Below are positions 57,011-64,000 of a stretch of DNA of 64,000 nt, piece by piece; position 1 is the stretch's first letter, and each line of letters starts with the position of its first letter. Location of the stretch: assembly GCA_964016885.1 (NCBI GenBank), contig OZ024741.1, positions 115,630,001 to 115,694,000 on the forward strand. The letters run 5' to 3'. The notes under the pieces are model-generated. The model did not search any database and had not been told where the DNA came from. It saw nothing but the letters and a program-made list of their open reading frames with translations. The DNA is from Eledone cirrhosa. Lineage: Eukaryota. A program made the translations under genes and the position numbers.

Positions 57011-60000
57011 AGGTGGGGGTTACATTTGTCATAGAATATAGATATAACTCTGAGTGAAAGATGATCTTGAGGTAGGGGTTACACTTGTCCTAGGATATAG
57101 ATATAACCTTGATTGAAAGATGTTCTTGAGGTAGGGGTTACATTTGTCATAGAGTATAGATATAACTCTGTTTGAAAGATGTTCTTGAGATGGGGGTTAC
57201 ATTTGTCATAGAATATAGATATAACTCTGATTGAATGATTTGGTTGAGTTAGGGTTACATTTGTCATAGAATATAGATATAACTCTGATTGAAAGATGTT
57301 CTTCAGGTGGGGGTTACATTTGTCATAGAACATAGATATAACTCTGATTGAAAGGTTTTGTTGAGGTGGGGTTACATTTGTCATAGAATATAGATATAAC
57401 TCTGACTGAAAGATGTTCTTGAGGTGGGGGTTACAATTGTCATAGAATACAGATATCACTCTGATTGAAAGATTATCTTGAGGTAGGGGTTACATTTGTC
57501 ATAGAATATAGATATAACTCTGATAGAAAGATGTGGTTGAGGTGAGGGTTACATTTGTCATAGAATATAGATATAACTCTGATAGAAAGATGTTCTTGAG
57601 GTGGGGGTTACATTTGTCATAGAATATAGATATAACCCTGATTGAAAGATGTTCTGGAGGTGGGGTTACATTTGTCATAGAATATAGATATAACTCAGAC
57701 TAAAAGATTATCTTGAGGTAGGGGTTACATTTGTTATAGAATATAGATATAACCCTGATTGAAAGATGTTCTTGAGGTGGGGGTTACATTTGTCATAGAA
57801 TATAGATATAACTCTGATTGAAAGATGTTCTTGAGGTGGGGGTTACAATTGTCATAGAATATAGATATAACTCTGATTGAAAGATGTTCTTGAGGTAGGG
57901 GTTACATTTGTCATAGAATATAGATATAACTCTGATAGAAAGATGTTCTTGGGGTAGGGGTTACATTTGTCATAGAATATACATATAATTCTGACTGAAA
58001 GATGTTCTTGAGGTGGGGGTTACATTTGTCATAGAATATAGATATAACTCTGAGTGAAAGATGTTCTTGAGGTGGGGGTTACATTTGTCATAGAATATAC
58101 ATATAATTCTGATTGAAAAATCTTCTTGAGGTGGGGGTTACATTTGTCATAGAATATAGATATAACTCTGATAGAAAGATGTTCTTGGGGTAGGGGTTAC
58201 ATTTGTCATAGAATATACATATAATTCTGACTGAAAGATGTTCTTGAGGTGGGGGTTACATTTGTCATAGAATATAGATATAACTCAGATTGAAAGATGT
58301 GGTTGAGGTGGGGGTTACATTCGTCATAGAATATACATATAATTCTGACTGAAAGATGTTCTTGAGGTGGGGGTTACATTTGTCATAAAATATAGATATA
58401 ACTCTGTTTGAAAGATGTGGTTGAGGTGGGGGTTACATTCGTCATAGAATATAGATATAACCCTGACTGAAAGATGTTCTTGAGGTGGGGGTTACATTTC
58501 TCATAGAATATAGATATAACTCTGATAGAAAGATGTTCTTGGGGTAGGGATTACATTTGTCATAGAATATACATATAATTCTGACTGAAAGATGTTCTTG
58601 AGGTGGGGGTTACATTTGTCAAAGAACATAGATATAACTCTGACTGAAAGATGTTCTTGAGGTGGGGGTTACATTTGTCATAGAATATAGATATAACTCT
58701 GATAGAAAGTTGTTCTTGGGGTAGCGGTTACATTTGTCATAGAATATACATATAATTCTGACTGAAAGATGTTCTTGAGGTGGGGGTAACATTTGTCACA
58801 GAATATATATATTACTCTGACTGAAAGATATTATTGAGGTAGGGGTTACAATTGTCATAGAATATAGATATAACTCTGATCGAAAGATATACTTGAGGTG
58901 GGGGTTACATTTGTCATAGAATATAGATATAACTCTGATTGAAAGATACACTTGAGGTGAGGGTTACATTTCTCATGGAATATAGATATAATTCTGACTG
59001 AAAGATGTTCTTGAGGTGGGGGTTACATTTGTCATAGAATATAGATATAACTCTGAGTGAAAGATGATCTTGAGGTAGGGGTTACACTTGTCCTAGGATA
59101 TAGATATAACCTTGATTGAAAGATGTTCTTGAGGTAGGGGTTACATTTGTCATAGAGTATAGATATAACTCTGTTTGAAAGATGTTCTTGAGATGGGGGT
59201 TACATTTGTCATAGAATATAGATATAACTCTGATTGAATGATTTGGTTGAGTTAGGGTTACATTTGTCATAGAATATAGATATAACTCTGATTGAAAGAT
59301 GTTCTTCAGGTGGGGGTTACATTTGTCATAGAACATAGATATAACTCTGATTGAAAGGTTTTGTTGAGGTGGGGTTACATTTGTCATAGAATATAGATAT
59401 AACTCTGACTGAAAGATGTTCTTGAGGTGGGGGTTACAATTGTCATAGAATACAGATATCACTCTGATTGAAAGATTATCTTGAGGTAGGGGTTACATTT
59501 GTCATAGAATATAGATATAACTCTGATAGAAAGATGTGGTTGAGGTGAGGGTTACATTTGTCATAGAATATAGATATAACTCTGATAGAAAGATGTTCTT
59601 GAGGTGGGGGTTACATTTGTCATAGAATATAGATATAACCCTGATTGAAAGATGTTCTGGAGGTGGGGTTACATTTGTCATAGAATATAGATATAACTCA
59701 GACTAAAAGATTATCTTGAGGTAGGGGTTACATTTGTTATAGAATATAGATATAACCCTGATTGAAAGATGTTCTTGAGGTGGGGGTTACATTTGTCATA
59801 GAATATAGATATAACTCTGATTGAAAGAATTTCTTGAGGTGGGGGTTACAATTGTCATAGAATATAGATATAACTCTGACTGAAAGATGTTCTTGAGGTG
59901 GGGGTTACATTTGTCATAGAATATAGATATAACTCTGAGTGAAAGATGTTCTTGAGGTGGGGGTTACATTTGTCATAGAATATACATATAATTCTGATTG

Positions 60001-60450
60001 AAAAATCTTCTTGAGGTGGGGGTTACATTTGTCATAGAATATAGATATAACTCTGATAGAAAGATGTTCTTGGGGTAGGGGTTACATTTGTCATAGAATA
60101 TACATATAATTCTGACTGAAAGATGTTCTTGAGGTGGGGGTTACATTTGTCATAGAATATAGATATAACTCAGATTGAAAGATGTGGTTGAGGTGGGGGT
60201 TACATTCGTCATAGAATATACATATAATTCTGACTGAAAGATGTTCTTGAGGTGGGGGTTACATTTGTCATAAAATATAGATATAACTCTGTTTGAAAGA
60301 TGTGGTTGAGGTGGGGGTTACATTCGTCATAGAATATAGATATAACCCTGACTGAAAGATGTTCTTGAGGTGGGGGTTACATTTGTCATAGAATATAGAT
60401 ATAACTCTGATAGAAAGATGTTCTTGGGGTAGGGATTACATTTGTCATAG
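56560..60450 (+). repeat. Tandem duplication, period 2003 bp (34 monomers)
   Basis: ggtaacatttgtcacag at 56782/58785 and identical ORFs at 57079/59082 are both +2003. The second copy loses two monomers near 59870. Confidence 0.83.
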
Positions 60451-63400
60451 AATATAGATATAACTCTGATAGAAAGATGTTCTTGAGGTGGGGGTTACAT
60501 TTGTCATAGAATATAGATATAACTCTGACTGAGAAGATGTTCTTGGGGTAGGGGTTACATTTGTCATAGAATATATATATAACTCTGTTTGAAAGATGTT
60601 TTGAGGTGGGGGTTACATTTGTCATAGAATATAGATATAACTCTGACTGAAAGATATTATTGAGGTAGGGGTTACAATTGTCATAGAATATAGATATAAC
60701 TCTGATCGAAAGATATGCTTGAGGTGGGGGTTACATTTGTCATAGAATATAGATATAACTCAGATTGAAAGATGTTCTTGAGGTGAGGGTTACATTTCTC
60801 ATGGAATATAGATATAACTCTGATTGAAAGATGTTCTTGAGTTGGGGTTACATTTGTCATAGGATATAGATATAACCCTGATGGAAAGATGTTCTTGATG
60901 TGGGGGTTACATTTGTCATAGAATATAGATATCATTCTGATTGAAAGATTTTGTTGAGGTAGGGGTTACATTTGTCATAGAATATAGATATAACTCTGAT
61001 TGAAAGATTTTGTTGAGGTGGGGGTTACATTTGTCATAGAATATAGATATAACTCTGATAGAAAGATGTTCTTGAGGTGGGGGTTACATTTGTCATAGAA
61101 TATAGATATAACCCTGATTGAAAGATGTTCTGGAGGTGGGGTTACATTTGTCATAGAATATAGATATAACTCAGACTAAAAGATTATCTTGAGGTAGGGG
61201 TTACATTTGTTATAGAATATAGATATAACCCTGATTGAAAGATGTTCTTGAGGTGTTGGTTACATTTGTCATAGAATATAGATATAACTCTGATAGAAAG
61301 ATGTTCTTGAGGTGGGGGTTACATTTGTCATAGAATATAGATATAACTCTGATTGAAAGATGTTCTTGAGGTGGAGGTTACATTTGTCATAGAATATAGA
61401 TATAACTCTAATTGAAAGATGTTCTTGAGTTGGGGGTTACATTTGTCATAGAATATAGATATAACTCTGATTGAAAGATGTTCTTGAGGTGGGGGTTACA
61501 ATTGTCATAGAATATAGATATAACTCTGATTGAAAGATGTTCTTGATGTGGGCGTTACATTTGTCATAGAATATAGATATAACCCAGAATGAAAGATGTT
61601 CTTGAGGTGGGGGTTACATTTGTCATAGAATATAGATATAACTCTGATTGAAAGATGTTCTTGAGGTGGTAGTTACATTTGTCATAGAATATAGATATAA
61701 CTCTGATTGAAAGATGTTCTTGAGGTGGGGGTTACATTTGTCATAGAATATACATATAATTCTGACTGAAAAATGTTCTTGAGGTGGGGGTTACATTTGT
61801 CATAGAATATAGATATAACTCTGATAGAAAGATGTTCTTGGGGTAGGGGTTATATTTGTCGTAGAATATACATATAATTCTGACTGAAAGATGTTCTTGA
61901 GGTGGGGGTTACATTTGTCATAGAATATAGTTATAACTCTGAGTGAAAGATGTTCTTGAGGTGGGGGTTACATTTGTCATAGAATATAGATACAACTCTG
62001 ATAGAAACATGTTCTTGGGGTAGGGGTTACATTTGTCATAGAATATACATATAATTCTGACTGAAAGATGTTCTTGAGGTGGGGGTTACATTTGTCATAG
62101 AACATAGATATAACTCTGACTGAAAGATGTTCTTGAGGTGGGGGTTACATTTGTCATAGAATATAGATATAACTCTGATAGAAAGATGTTCTTGGGGTAG
62201 GGGTTACATTTGTCATAGAATATAGATATAACTCTGATAGAAAGTTGTTCTTGGGGTAGGGGTTACATTTGTCATAGAATATACATATAATTCTGACTGA
62301 AAGATGTTCTTGAGGTGGGGGTTACATTTATCATAGAACATAGATATAACTCTGACTGAAAGATGTTCTTGAGGTGGGGGTTACATTTGTCATAGAATAT
62401 AGATATAACTCTGATAGAAAGTTGTTCTTGGGGTAGGGGTTACATTTGTCATAGAATATACATATAATTCTGACTGAAAGATGTTCTTGAGGTGGGGGTT
62501 ACATTTGTCATGGAATATAGATATATCTCTGATTGAAAGATGTTCTTGAGTAGGGGTTACATTTGTCATAGAATATAGACATAACACTGATCGAAAGATG
62601 TTCTTGATGTGGGGGTTACATTTGTCATAGAATATAGGTATAACTCTTATTGAAATATTATCTTGAGGTATGGGTTACATTTGTCATAGAATATAGATAT
62701 AACTCTGATTGAAAGATGTTCTTGAGATGGGGGTTACATTTGTCATAGAATATAGATATATCTCTTAATGAAATATGTACTTGAAGTAGGGGTTACATTT
62801 GTCATAGAATATAGATATAACCCTGATTGAAAGATTTTGTTGAGGTGGGGGTTACATTTGTCATAGAATATAGATATAACTCTGATTGAAAGATTTTGTT
62901 GAGGTGGGGGTTACATTTGTCATAGAATATAGATATAACTCTGATTGAAAGATTTTGTTGAGGTGGGGGTTACATTTGTCATAGAATATAGATATAACTC
63001 TGATAGAAAGATGATCTTGAGGTAGGGGTTACATTTGTTATAGAATATAGATATAACTCTGATTGAAAGATGTTCTTGAGGTGGGGGTTACATTTGTCAT
63101 AGAATATAGATATAACTCTGATTGAAAGATGTTCTTGAGGTGGGGGTTGCATTTGTCATAGAATATAGATATAACTCTGATTGAAAGATGTTCTTGACGT
63201 GGGGGTTACATTTGTCATAGAATATAGATGTAACTCTGATTGAAAGATGTTCTTGGGGTGGGGGTTACATTTGTCATAGAATATAGATATAACTCTGATT
63301 GAAAGATGTTCTTGAGGTGGGGGTTACATTTGTCATAGAATATATATATAACTCTGATAGAAAGATGTTCTTGAGGTGGGGGTTACATTTGTCATAGAAT

Positions 63401-64000
63401 ATAGATATAACTCAGACTAAAAGATTATCTTGGGGTAGGGGTTACATTTGTCATAGAATATAGATATAACTCTGACTGAAAGATATTATTGAGGTAGGGG
63501 TTACAATTGTCATAGAATATAGATATAACTCTGATCGAAAGATATGCTTGAGGTGGGCGTTACATTTGTCATAAAATATAGATATAACTCAGATAGAAAG
63601 ATGTTCTTGAGGTGAGGGTTACATTTCTCATGGAATATAGATATAACTCTGATTGAAAGATGTTCTTGAGTTGGGGTTACATTTGTCATAGGATTTAGAT
63701 ATAACCCTGATGGAAAGATGTTCTTGACGTGGGGGTTACATTTGTCATAGAATATAGATATCATTCTGATTGAAAGATTTTGTTGAGGTAGGGGTTACAT
63801 TTGTCATAGAATATAGATATAACACTGATAGAAAGATGTTCTTGAGGTGGGGGTTACATTTGTCATAGAATATAGAAATAACTCTGATTGAAAGATGTTC
63901 TTGAGGTGGTGGCTACATTTGTCATAGAATATAGATATAACCCTGATTGAAAGATGTTCTGGAGGTGGGGTTACATTTGTCATAGAATATAGATATAACT

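Larger units (their letters stand above)
1..64000 (+). repeat. 59-bp tandem satellite array, ~1,085 monomers, single orientation, running off both window edges
   Basis: GGGTTACATTTGTCATAGAATATAGATATAAC recurs every 59 bp (occasionally 57, 58 or 60) from base 1 to 64000, shifting one column per 60-nt line. No non-repeat or inverted segment was seen. Confidence 0.99.

Noticed and set aside
1282-63764. All minus-strand ORFs (60-213 aa; MTNVTP.../SIFYDKCNPHLKNIFQSELYLYS motifs) as genes for a repeat protein
   Set aside because: Because 59 is not divisible by 3, translation cycles through all three frames every 177 bp, and the consensus cycle contains stops (...SYIYIL*QM*). Longer ORFs appear only where 58/60-bp monomers or point variants skip those stops. 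There is no unique N- or C-terminus, and the ORFs simply duplicate with the HOR blocks.
1-64000. Giant CRISPR array (30-bp GTT...AAC weakly palindromic 'repeat', 29-bp 'spacer', ATTGAAAG motif like type I/III repeat ends)
   Set aside because: The would-be spacers are all homologous, differ by only a few substitutions and repeat in large blocks. There are no unique spacers, leader or cas genes. CRISPR finders may false-call this region.
1-64000. Integron attC ('59-base element') array, suggested by the 59-bp period and TAAC...GTTA ends
   Set aside because: The ATATAAC-to-GTTACAT span is only ~44 bp, and both ends deviate from RYYYAAC/GTTRRRY. There is no internal L-box palindrome, no gene cassettes between sites and no intI. 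The length match is coincidental.
1-64000. Canonical G-quadruplex or true telomeric tract
   Set aside because: Each monomer has only one or two G-runs of 3 or more, separated from the next by ~50 nt, and TTAGGG never occurs in tandem.
1-64000. Plasmid iterons, rRNA/tRNA arrays, or embedded transposon fragments
   Set aside because: There is no rep gene or unique flank, and the copy number far exceeds iteron clusters. I saw no RNA-gene motifs, terminal repeats, target-site duplications or non-satellite inserts by eye, although a very short insertion could have been missed.

Overview
The whole 64 kb window is one uninterrupted, single-orientation, head-to-tail tandem array (satellite DNA) of a 59-bp monomer, about 1,085 copies. 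The consensus is TAACTCTGATTGAAAGATGTTCTTGAGGTGGGGGTTACATTTGTCATAGAATATAGATA (34% GC; 15 G versus 5 C on the + strand). I see no unique sequence, inversion, transposon, RNA gene or credible protein-coding gene, and all listed ORFs are translations of the repeat. The real structure lies in the order of monomer variants. The first ~22 kb is a mosaic of short duplications (5-, 6-, 20-, 28- and 56-mers). The ~22-62 kb region is built from near-identical kb-scale higher-order blocks, including an A-B-A-B'-B arrangement at 30.8-52.1 kb (A = 3477 bp, B = 4829 bp). Each monomer has a conserved 30-bp imperfect dyad (11-8-11) and a more variable 29-bp half, which mimics a CRISPR array but is not one. 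I do not recognise the satellite family or the organism, and the sequence alone does not support a novel gene system. Offsets were counted by hand from diagnostic variants, so block boundaries are approximate.
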